A model generated the notes under the pieces. That model saw nothing but the letters and a program-made list of their open reading frames with translations. It was not told where the DNA came from and searched no databases. The position numbers were made by a program, and so were the translations under genes. From NCBI RefSeq assembly GCF_001194135.2, contig NC_068990.1:3294096-3358095 (forward strand): a stretch of DNA of 64,000 nucleotides, in the 5' to 3' direction. This stretch comes from Octopus bimaculoides (taxonomy: Eukaryota). Numbering within the stretch: the first letter of the stretch is position 1; every line of letters begins with the position of its first letter. This document shows positions 40,018 to 51,624 of this stretch, one piece after another.

Positions 40018-41237
40018 TCGGTCTCCTTTCTTTTTTTGTGGGAAGAAAGCCTTTACATGGTTTCTGTTCCCGCACAGGTAATATCTTGACTTTTTACTCT
40101 CTACAGCCACGTGTAGTTTGGACTCATCCGGTAGGCTTATACAATCCGGGTCATTTTCCACATTTGCTGGTCAGTTTGTATTAGCAGCTGTGTTCTCGGA
40201 CCTAACTAATTCTGCTTGTGAATCTCGTGGATTTGCAAAATCTTGGTTTTTTCCTCTATGTCTAAGAGTATCGCAGCTACCAACCAGCAGATGTTAATTT
40301 CTTATGGAACATTGACTATTCTGATTCTATACACGTTACGGCCCAGGTAGGTAGGTATAACAATTATTTCTTCATTCGTCAGGGTAGCTGTCGAGTGTTC
40401 TTTTGCTTCCTCCTTTGAGCCAAGCCTCACCTCGACAGACCCATATTTCTTCCCCCTGGTCACATAGGTTTTGCTCTCCCACACCGGTATTAGGCATTTC
40501 TCTACTTGTCGTTGTGTCGCCTTTTCTGCTTCTAACTCCTATTATTTTATACAGGACTGTCCATAAACTGATTTCGAGATGAACAATTGTAGGAATGTTT
40601 CGCGCCACATTTCTGCTACTTTTCTTCGTCATACATTTAGAATTCCTAAACTCATTTTCATCAAAGAAAATATCTTCACTCATTTGCCTTGTTGTTTGCG
40701 CGAAATCGAAACCATTCCCATTGGATTTGCTTGTATCGATTTTGTTGTTTTTTCGACATTCATGTCGGTGATGGTGTTGTTGGACTTGCTGCTGGCACCG
40801 GTGGTGGCAGTAGAGGTGGTAGTGTTTTCGCTCGTGTTGTTGGTATTTGTGATTTTCTTTTGTTCCTGCGGTGGAAAGGGAGAGTAAAGAAACAAGGGGA
40901 ATTCATTTTCATATGTTCTACGTGCGCTATTGTTGTTGTTGTTACAGCAGTCGCTGTCTTGTGCAACTTGGCTGTTCAGTCTTGCGGATAATCCGCTGTT
41001 CTTTTCAGCACACTGACAGTTTTCGTTCACCATCTTTGATTTTAGAAGAAAAATATGAGGGGTGTTGTAATCCAAACAAATACGAATATAGCCTCTAAGA
41101 GCTACAAATGGGCAAGAACTAACCAGCTCCCCAAGGTCCTGGTTTGGTTACCTAAGTAACAATAACAAATGTACAATGTAAAACAATATGAATAATAGCA
41201 AAACTCATGCGGCGATGTGCGAGCACGTGTCGATAGA

Positions 41238-41239
<2 letters not shown>
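40018..41239 (-). mobile_element. 5' part (5' UTR and ORF1 gag-like) of an L1/Tx1-like LINE, 3'-truncated
   Basis: Broken ORF1: a T/N/S-rich linker, then YVTRGKKYGSVEVRLGSKEEAK...PTYLGRNVYRIRIVNVP (RRM-like) and YYLCGNRNHVKAFFP (degenerate CX2CX4HX4C, + 40041-40085). Clade assignment is inferred. Confidence 0.7.
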
Positions 41240-41288
<49 letters not shown>

Positions 41289-41366
41289 GTAATGATAATG
41301 ATAATGATACTAATAATAAGAAGATGAAAGAGGAGGAGGAGGAGGAGGAGGAGGAGGAGGAGGAGG
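41240..41366. repeat. (TAA)n then (GAG)n microsatellites
   Basis: Direct reading. Confidence 0.95.
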
Positions 41367-42048
41367 ATTACCATATAGCTACAAATATATATGTGGATTA
41401 TATAAGCGATTTAACGAATATCATAGCTAGATAAGCAATTATTTGTTTTGTTATATTTTGCTTTTATTTGTCCTTCGACTCCACTCTCCGAAAGGTTGAA
41501 GGGAAAAGTTATCTACAGCGTGATTTGAACTCAAAAGAATAAAATTAAGTGATTTGGTTGCCATGACGATACGCCAAAAAAATCAATGATTAAAAAAGGT
41601 CATTATAGTGGCTCTATTTTCTGCACACACAAGAAAAAATGATAGTTTATTTTTTTATATATATATATTTATTAACTTTATTTCATGAATTACTGTATTG
41701 ACATTTCTTTGAAATTTCTACAACAATGCAGGCGTTCAATAATGTTTTTCTATTCTTTCTTTTAATCTCTTTTGCTGTCACTCGTTTCAGTCATTCGACT
41801 GCGACCATGAGGGAAAACTGCCTTAGATTTTGAATCGATTGTATTATATGGTACTTATTCTATCTATAAAAACAGCAAAAGACGACCCAAGTATAGAGGG
41901 ATGTTGCAAGGCAAGGTATATATATATGAGTGAGAGATAAAGAGAGAGGGAGAGAGAGAGACACATCAGTGTATAGATATAGTCTGACAAATATACAGAG
42001 ATAGAGATATAAATACATGCATAGAAATATCTATATATCGATGTCAAT

Positions 42049-42109
<61 letters not shown>

Positions 42110-42129
42110 GTTTATATATATAATTAAGT

Positions 42130-43483
42130 TTCGAGAGAACATGGAATACTTCTTTTCTGGAATACTATATGCCGGGACGATGGTCTTCGGATATTTCATG
42201 AATATAATGGTCATACACTAGATAAATTTAGGACAAGAACTCTAATATACCTTGATCCAAAATCTCATAACCTCTACTATAAACCAAATGAGAAACACTC
42301 TTTTATACATAAACAGTCCTGTCACCCCTATAATGTTTAAAAACTTGGTAGCTGTAATCAGTAATACGATATCATATATCTCCGCTTCAACGGAAATATT
42401 TGATAAGACAACCCCCCCCCCGCCCTCCACAATAACAATGCCGTAAGTGTGGCTTCAAAGATAAGATGTATAACAACACCTGAATCAAATATATGAAATC
42501 TAAAAATAGACTTAATTATAGACCTATTGTTACACCACCACCATCCTTCTCTCTAAATTTTATAACTAAATTAGAAATTTCTGGTTCTTTTAGATAAGCA
42601 TTTCCTAGTAAACCATAAATACAGGACAATCTTTAGCTGCCACTCGATAAAAATATGATACAACTTCTGCCCCCAGTAGGAAGAACAATATCACTCGCAA
42701 GCCTCACCAAGTGTCAATTCGCACTTGTAATTGTGGAAGTCCTGAAACTTGCCACCCAGGCGTGTACGACACACTCTGCTGCTTATAAAGCAGAGGTCAC
42801 AGCAATGCTTTATCAGAACGTAATTGACAACAAAAATTACCTCGGTTTATTCGTATGCAATTTCAAAAGACGTTATGCAAAGCACCATTTTTTCTGACAC
42901 ATCTACATAAGTAGAGCCACGTATGAGATTTGAAGAACAACTGCACACCACATACGACTCCGGAGAACTGCGGAGAAAACTATGCCATATGTAAATGTAT
43001 ATAAGATATGCAACTTATGCTCTGCTGAAGAATCGCACATACTTTTTAGATCTTTTAAGTATTCCGCTACACTACTTATTTTCAGATCCAAAATTTTCAG
43101 AAAATACAAGCATATGGAAAAATTTCTTTTGTCAAACTATGATTGCATTGTCCTCTCCGGATTGAACAGTTATGTCGCAGCCTTTAGACTCCTTTCCATT
43201 GTATTATTCTACACCAGCTACTTTGCTTATAACTTGTACGGTCAAAGGATGCATAACTCAAATTTTCTTTTCTTTCTTTTCTCTTTACGTTTTAATTCGC
43301 TCTTTGTCTTATCATCCCACTTTTTGTATCAACCTTCTCCATTTTACTCGTAGTCTATCATGTACTAGAATTCAGGTTATCAAATCGAACAAACGATGTG
43401 CCCAGAGCCCGGGATTGCTTGGAGTCACAAGACGTAGTAAAACCTGCTCAACCACGTGTCACAATGGCAAGAAACTACTAGTA
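42130..43483 (+). mobile_element. Penelope-like element remnant (RT thumb, Cys linker, GIY-YIG endonuclease, pLTR)
   Basis: CRDDGLRIF (catalytic RDD at 42173-42181), YYKPNEKHSFIHKQSCHP, LLDKHFLVNHKYRTIF, CNCGSPETC, AAYKAEVT...KNYLGL...FKRRY (GIY-YIG), PYVNVYKICNLCSAEE...HMEKFLLSN (about 43140), then a T-rich UTR ending in GGCAAGAAACTACTAGTAG. Frameshifted. Confidence 0.88.
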
Positions 43484-43916
43484 GCATTTATTTTAATACA
43501 GTGTACATTACATACATAAAAACATACATTTATATATACAAATCCGCCATCCATAATACAGACAGATACAGGTAAATGGACACATAGAAAAGTGTGCTAG
43601 GAATATTAATCCTAATTTCCTAATTTTCCCCTTATAGCAATGTTCACAGAACACCTCAGTACAAGAAAGAATGAATAAAGGGGCAACTTTCATCATTAAA
43701 TATCTTCCACAACTAAATATGAACACATAACATAATACAGAACACTACTAACCTTTCAATTAATATCACTAAACACCATGCATCCCATGCACCATTCACA
43801 TTACAGATCTATATATCTACCCTAATTGCACTAAATCCAGAACTACTTAGTTCCCTTACACATAATCTTTTTATTCAGGGATTAGTAGACCTGATACCGT
43901 TCAATAATCGGTGTGC

Positions 43917-43964
43917 ATTCAAAGCAATCATGAGTAACTTTACGAAACCGGTATGCTTTTGAAT
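43917..43964 (+). ncRNA. Degenerate minimal type-I hammerhead ribozyme fold
   Basis: Stem I ATTCAAAGCA/TGCTTTTGAAT (10 bp, 1 bulge); ATCATGA (2 mismatches to CUGAUGA); stem II GTA-ACTT-TAC; GAAAC-CG-GTA with a palindromic stem III (ACCGGT). Confidence 0.65.
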
Positions 43965-44196
43965 CTCTTTAACAATAACAATTCACAATAATGACTTTAA
44001 TTACTTTTATTCCTACCTCAGTTCATTTAATTGTATATATCTATCGTTACTTTTCATAAAAAGCCTTTACTTTTTTTGATTTCCAATGTGCATTTTCGCT
44101 TATTTTTCTTCTTACTTTCCACTTACATTTCCACGTGTAGTTTCCATTTTGTTTTTGTAACATTTTTCTATTATATATGTATAAATTACTATGTTT

Positions 44197-44860
44197 AAAT
44201 CTCTCAATGAGACACATTCAGTAACAGTACTCTAGAGTGAAGATTATTTGCCAGCATAACGTAGCAGTCCTGGGTAAGACGTAAGTTACAGTTATTTAAT
44301 CCCAGGAAACATCGTCTCCAGCTGGCTGTACGACACACTATCTGTGTCCTATATCTTCGAACAAGGGAATTTAGCATCCCCACTCAGCACAAAACAATAT
44401 CTGTGTATCACGATTTCTGTGCACAGAATAACTGTTCGGCTAGAGGTAGCACTACTAGATTCTTGTTCGAAATATATAGTTTTCAAAATAACACACAGTC
44501 AATGATGTAATAAAATAGAAAATTAATATTTGTAAATCTCTCAACGAAAGACATTCAGTAACGGTACTCTAGAGTAAAGATAATTTGCCAACAAAACGTG
44601 GCAGTGCTGGCTAGGATGAATGTTACTGCTATTTAGCCCCAAGTAACATCGTCTCCAGCTGGCTATGCGACACACTGTGCCCTTATATTTTCGAACAAGG
44701 AAGTTTAGCATCCCCTTAGAGATTACTGACTGTGTGTCACATTGAAAATTATATATTTCGAACAAGAATTGAGCAGCACCACCTCTAGCCGAACAGTTAT
44801 TGTGCTGATGAAAGGAAATAGCACAGAAGTTGCAATGCACAAATATTGCTTTGTGCAGAG
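44197..44860. repeat. Two tandem copies of a ~330-bp repeat, the first with its 3' half inverted (A, B-inverted, A', B')
   Basis: A at 44197-44381 matches A' at 44534-44715; 44382-44503 is the reverse complement of 44724-44860. Confidence 0.9.
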
Positions 44861-46290
44861 TTTTCGAGTTCTTCATTACGATTATTTCAGTCACCTCATT
44901 AAAATTGTTTGTAAAATAATTAATGTAAATAACGCTTCTTACTGAATGAAGTTACTTATATCGCTTTATTTATTGTCTATTTATGCGAATATACACCCAC
45001 CCCTTGATTGTTTCTCTGGGTTCCATTGTTTTTGTTATTTACATCCTTAGTTCTGTTATTGACTCGCGTAAACTATGTTACGAGAATACATTTGAATATA
45101 TTACGAGAAACATCCATTTATAAACGACGCTATGAATATAAAACGATTTAGAAAACATAAGTTCAAAGTACAGTTGTCGGGTTTGCATACATTGGAATTT
45201 TATAAATATAGAAAAAACTTATATTTATATGTAACGATAAATTGTTCCATATATATTCTATACCCTTTCAAAGTCATACTGATTCTTACTCTCCATTTTT
45301 CTCTCATACACTGCTGAATATCAAGGAATGCCTAAGCACTGAACCATTACTCTGACATTGTTCGAATAAACATTTAATCGAAGTATATGAAGACCAGCTA
45401 CGAGCAGTAAGATATGAAATTCTTAGATTCTCTCGATTTCCTGTTATCCAGATTTTCTCATGGTCCGAACAGATCATTTCAAATAACGTTCAAGTTTTCT
45501 CATTTTCATAAAATTTTTACAATTTTCTTCAACAATGAGCATAGGTCTAAGTGCAGGTTACATTCATTTCGGGGAATTAATATGGTTGTAAGATTATATT
45601 ACATTCTTGAACGGCAATCCTACTATGTCACCTTTTTAGTTTCCTTTGCTTTCTCATTCATATTATTTTGTAATTCTTATACCTTTCTTTGACTGGGTAG
45701 TGGACCTGTACAACAAATCCAAGTACACCACCACATATGTCTATGCCTGAGTGTATTCGTACGTGCGTGTGTGTATGTGTGTATGTGTGTGCGCGTGTGT
45801 GCATACTCGCGGGTGCTTATGTGTTTGCATATATATACTTGAATATAACAAAATTATAGATAAAAGACTGAGGTTAGAATGCTGTTTGGAATTATTGAAT
45901 TTACAAAATCATAAACTGAAAATAAATAGACAACTTGGACCTCTACTGAACATATGCAAAAGAAAGTCTGATTCATATCAAAGATAGAATGAGAAAAGGA
46001 ACGAAATGGAGAAACGAAGTAATACCCTCGGGGACTTTCGAGATAGAATTTATTTTATATATTGTGGATGACTTTTTGCGTTATTGCTTCGTTTTCATCT
46101 TTTTCTAGTTTCTTTTCATCATGAAACTGCAGACGCCGTGTGCCTATTCATTTGAACAATTGTGCACTTCGATCTAGTAAATATGATGTTACTTGAAAAA
46201 ATCTATAAAGTTTAGTGATGAAATAATTAGGATTTTCTTAAGTTTAGCCTTGGTGTTTGTTGTTTTTTTAAATATAATATATTCATGTTG

Positions 46291-46480
46291 AAAGCAGTGA
46301 GCTGTAAAAATCATTAGCACCCCGGGCAAAATGCTTACGTTCTGAGTTCAAACTTAGCCGAGGTCTACTTTATCTTACAGCCTCTTGGGGTCGATAAAAT
46401 AAGTATGAGGTAGCACTGGGATCGATGTAATCGACTTCGTCCCTTCCCCCGAACTACTGGGATTGTACCAAAATTGAAGT
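46291..46480 (+). mobile_element. SINE family A (diverged, internal deletion)
   Basis: GCAGTGAGCTG...TTAGCACCCCGGGCAAAATGCTTACGTTCTGAGTTCAAA...GGGGTCGATAAAATAAG...GGGATCGATGTAATCGACT. Confidence 0.8.
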
Positions 46481-46789
46481 CAATTTAATATATTCATGTA
46501 ATACAGACTTTGGTTTACTTATTTAGGTTAATGATTTTGGTATCAATGGTGGCAGTTAATTTTTGTAGGTATCAAATTAAAAAGAGAAAAATGAAATTCG
46601 GTTGATTTTATTATTTGAGTTCAAAAGAGAATTTGCTGTAAAGGAAACCGCTTGATATATCAGCCAAACATCTGGTCACGAGACCTTAACAGTTGTCCAT
46701 CTCAACATAAGTGACAAAAATTTCGGAAAATGAGAGGCTTACAGCTAAAGAATAACATACGGCTTTCTGAAACTAGCAACGACAAACCT

Positions 46790-46996
46790 TCAGCCAATAT
46801 TAAAGCATATCGAAAGCAAAAACCTCGAGGGCTTACAGAAGATTGAAAAACTCATGATTATTTAATACCTTGCCAAAACACTTGAAGAATATATGTGGAG
46901 AGGGGTAGATGTTTTCAGGAAATAACTTGATCTCCTACTCTCCAAGGCCCCAGATGAAACTACGTCGCGGCAAGAAACTTAAAGAGGGCATCAACA

Positions 46997-46997
<1 letters not shown>
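46790..46997 (+). mobile_element. CR1/L2-like LINE 3' end
   Basis: LFNTLPKHLKNICGEGVDVFRK*LDLLLSKAPDETTSRQE resembles the LFNxLP...FKxxLDxxL C-terminus; followed immediately by (ATT)n. Confidence 0.65.
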
Positions 46998-47027
<30 letters not shown>

Positions 47028-47030
47028 TTA

Positions 47031-47082
<52 letters not shown>

Positions 47083-47122
47083 GATGATGATGATGATGAT
47101 GATAATAATGATTATTATTTTC
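46997..47122. repeat. (ATT)n/(GAT)n microsatellite
   Basis: Direct reading. Confidence 0.95.
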
Positions 47123-48575
47123 ATTAATATTGAGCAGACGTATGAGAGTGACTCAAGCCCCGAGAGTCTTTTGCGTTGGCATATATCAAGGTGTGAACGT
47201 ACAAAGCTGTCGGGCCTTCAGTCATTCTGTTATTTCACCTAAATATTAATTAAAATATATATATACTCATATTTTGTGTTGTATTTTTATATTTGCATCA
47301 GTATTACTATTTGTGTGTGCGTATGTACGTGTGTGGGTGGATGTGCATCTGTGTGTGTGTGCGTCTGTGTGTGTATGCGTCTGTGTGAACGTGCGTATGT
47401 GTGTGTGTGAGTGTGTGCATAACTCGTCGCATACATATATTTTGTCGATTAATTGTATCCGACGATGTAACAGAATGATGCTGATTCACTATTTTGATGG
47501 TTCCAGTTGAGCAAAGTAACACCAGTAACGTTTTAACTAGTACCAACTCGGTCAACATCTCTTGCACAAACATCCGACATAAGAAAACCCGCACCAGTTG
47601 CCAAACAGTGATGGAGAGGAAGCAAAAGCACACACAGAAATGCATACACTCACATTCACACATATATGTATTTGTGTGTGTATACACACACACATACATA
47701 CACACGAATATATTTATATATATATATACACACGCTAATATATATGTATATAGATGTGTATATATATTCATATATACACGAGGTAATACATATATGTACA
47801 TATATACATACATATATAGTATAATATATATGTACGTGTATATACACATATATTCATGCATATATACAGATACACACATACAAACATGTACATACACAGA
47901 AACACATATATAGGTGGGGATAGTGTATATGTACAGTATACATTGTAAGAGAGATAGATAGAAGAATAATAGAAATGAAAATACTATTAAAGAGTGATAT
48001 CTTGAAATGGAAAGATATATTTACATAAAACATCTGAGGAAAACAGACATCCATTAATGCTTCCATATCATTATATTTACTCATGTAAGATATCAGTATA
48101 GATATTCACCTGTGCGGAATATCTACTTCCCCAAAAACACAGGTATACATATGCACGTATACATATAGACACATACATACACGCATATATGCATGCGTAT
48201 ATATATATATATTCATTTAAATATATGCATAGACATATATATTATATACGTATATACATAAACATATGTGTGTGTGTATATATATATATATACCGATATA
48301 TGTACATACACGTACGCACACACACACGTATATGTATACATTTATATTTAATTTTGGGGGTTCTTCTTACTGTAACGAAAAACGATTTAGATTTTCATCT
48401 TCTTAAACATTTTCCCTTTTAGTTTTTTCTCATGCGTACATGCGCACACGCACACACACATGTACGCACATAGACACACACCCATACGCGTATAGACACA
48501 AAACACTCGCACGCACACACGTATGTGTGTGTATATATATATATATATATGTATATAGCCATGTGCATTTGTGCT

Positions 48576-48649
<74 letters not shown>

Positions 48650-48683
48650 CAGAGAGACAGAGACAGACAGAAAGAGAGACAGA

Positions 48684-48940
48684 GAGTGGATTTGGTAGAC
48701 GGAAACTGAAAGAAGCCCGTCGTATAAATATACGTGTGTCTGTGTGTATTTGTGTGTGTTTTTCCCTACCACCACCATCGCTTGACAACCTATGTTGGTG
48801 TGTTTACGTTTTCGTTATCTACCGGTTTGGTAAATGAGACCAATAGAATAAGTACCAGGCTTACAAAAACAAGTTCTGGGATCGACTTCTTCGGCCAAAA
48901 ATTCGACTTTTTCGACAAATGACTGAAACAAGTAAAAGAA
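48684..48940 (+). mobile_element. SINE family B, 5'-truncated, spanning the internal TA/TG tract
   Basis: GAGTGGATTTGGTAGACGGAAACTGAAAGAAGCCCGTCGTAT-(TA/TG)-ACCATCGCTTGACAACC...GACTGAAACAAGTAAAAGAA. Confidence 0.9.
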
Positions 48941-49447
48941 TTAAAGAAGAAAAGAATATCTTGTCGCAAATATCGAAAGGATACTTTCTCGTTCTTTTAT
49001 AGAGTTTGAAATCTTGATTAATGTCTTAAATATGCTATTTTTACATGCTTTTAGCATGTTTCTTAACAAAAAATCACTGGCAATATCAATGCAAACGAAC
49101 ATTTTTCAAATTATGACGCATTTATCAACAACCCTTTCAAAAACTTAATGCTTTGATAATGAGAATTTAAAGACATTGTTAGACTCTAATTATTGGGTTG
49201 ATTGTTTAAATGATGTTTCAATATACTTAATCAGACTAATATTCTCAAGAAGTCAAATGGTTTCTTGACCTCACCAGATTCAAGTCGTTGATTTGAATGA
49301 TTCTCAAACTTCACAAGAGATACTGGTCTGGCATCAAACCGAAGCAATATTTCTAGGCGAAGACCCATGATCGCGTGGTGTATCTGATACACACACAGAC
49401 ACAGACACACACACACAGACAAACACACTCACACACACACACACACA

Positions 49448-49508
<61 letters not shown>

Positions 49509-49536
49509 NNNNNNNNNNNNNATATATATATATATA

Positions 49537-50116
49537 TATATGCTTTCGGTGCGTATGGCTTTTTATTCAGCGACGAGTTTACGACCCTGTTAATAATAAT
49601 AATGGTATTTTTATTTAAGCTTAAAGCTTTTGGCAATCACCCTGAAAGGACTAAGGAAAATAGTGTAATAAAGGGGCATATAAGCCCTGAATAGAAGGCT
49701 TTCCTATCCGCGTGAGAGTGGGACCCATATCCTTTTGTTAATGCGACTAAATGTGTTACCGTTACACAAGCGATTCAACCTCCCAATTTCTGTCAAATCT
49801 GTGAACTATAATAGTTCGTGTTTGTTTTTATGCAAGCAAACTTTCTATATGCTTTCGGTGCGAATGGTTTTCTTATACGTCGCCGAGTTTACAATCATAT
49901 AGATAATAATAATGATGTTTTTATATAAGCTTAACGCTTATAACGATCACCGTGCAATGACTACGGAAAATAGTGCGATAAAGGGGCATAAAAGCCCTCA
50001 ACAGAAAAAAGAAGGCTTTCCTATCTACGTGGGAGTGGAACCCACATTCCTTTGTCTACGTGACTAAGTGTGTTATCTTTAAACCAGCGTATGAGCCTCC
50101 CTGTGTCTGTCAAATT
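49537..50116. repeat. Tandem duplication of an unclassified ~309-bp repeat
   Basis: TATATGCTTTCGGTGCG starts at 49537 and 49846, with collinear similarity through AAGGGGCAT..AAGCCCT and CTGTCAAAT. Confidence 0.9.
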
Positions 50117-50712
50117 TTATATATATATGTATATATATATATATATATATATNNNNNNNNNNNNNNNNNNNNNNNNNNNNNNNNNNNNNNNNNNNNNNNN
50201 NNNNNNNNNATTTATATTTATTTATACACATATATATGAGTTTGTGTATCGATATATGTGTGTATGGGTAGGGGGGTGGACGCGTGTGTATATATAATAT
50301 TAATATATAAATATTAAATATTTATGTATGTCATTATTCAGTTTTTTCAAGATTTCTTGCCAATAGAGAAAGAACTGCTTTCTAACCTAGGTCCAATGCT
50401 CCTACATTGGAATTTCAACATTAAGAAAAGGGTATGTATGTATGTATGTATGTATGTATGTATGTATTTATGAGTGTATAGCAGTGATCATTCCGCATCT
50501 TAACGTCTCCATTAACATTATTCTCTGAATTGCATAATACTTAGTGCGGTAATGGCTGAGAGTAAATGTTCTTTTAATAGGCGTTGGAAGCAGTTTCCCC
50601 AGAATGACTCATTCTGCAATATATATTCCACACGTTTAGACAGCAACAATTTGAATTTCTATGCTAGGTTCAATATCCAAAATTGTTTCCTCCGAGAAAA
50701 TAAATATACATA

Positions 50713-50935
50713 TAGGCGTAGGAGTGGCTATAGGCGTAGGAGTGGCTATAGGCGTAGGAGTGGCTGTGTGGTAAGTAGCTTGCTTACCAACCACATGGTC
50801 CCGGGTTCAGTCCCACTGCGTGGCATCTTGGGCAAGTGTCTTCTACTATAGCCTCGGGCCGACCAAAGCCTTGTGAGTGGATTTGGTAGACGGAAACTGA
50901 AAGAAGCCTGTCGTATATATGTATATATATATGTA
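50713..50935 (+). mobile_element. SINE family B head (young) with triplicated 5' 18-mer
   Basis: TAGGCGTAGGAGTGGCTA at 50713 and 50731, a third copy at 50749 continuing ...GGCTGTGTGGTAAGTAGCTTGC...GGGTTCAGTCCCACTGCG; runs into a gap. Confidence 0.93.
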
Positions 50936-51551
50936 TGTGTGTATGTGTTTNNNNNNNNNNNNNNNNNNNNNNNNNNNNNNNNNNNNNNNNNNNNNNNNNN
51001 NNNNNNNNNNNNNNNNNNNNNNNNNNNNNNNNNNNNNNNNNNNNNNNNNNNNNNNNNNNNNNNNNNNNNNNNNNNNNNNNNNNNNNNNNNNNNNNNNNNN
51101 NNNNNNNNNNNNNNNNNNNNNNNNNNNNNNNNNNNNNNNNNNNNNNNNNNNNNNNNNNNNNNNNNNNNNNNNNNNNNNNNNNNNNNNNNNNNNNNNNNNN
51201 NNNNNNNNNNNNNNNNNNNNNNNNNNNNNNNNNNNNNNNNNNNNNNNNNNNNNNNNNNNNNNNNNNNNNNNNNNNNNNNNNNNNNNNNNNNNNNNNNNNN
51301 NNNNNNNNNNNNNNNNNNNNNNNNNNNNNNNNNNNNNNNNNNNNNNNNNNNNNNNNNNNNNNNNNNNNNNNNNNNNNNNNNNNNNNNNNNNNNNNNNNNN
51401 NNNNNNNNNNNNNNNNNNNNNNNNNNNNNNNNNNNNNNNNNNNNNNNNNNNNNNNNNNNNNNNNNNNNNNNNNNNNNNNNNNNNNNNNNNNNNNNNNNNN
51501 NNNNNNNNNNNNNNNNNNNNNNNNNNNNNNNNNNNNNNNNNNNNNNNNNNN

Positions 51552-51595
<44 letters not shown>

Positions 51596-51624
51596 ACATA
51601 CATAAATACATACATACATCCTTG

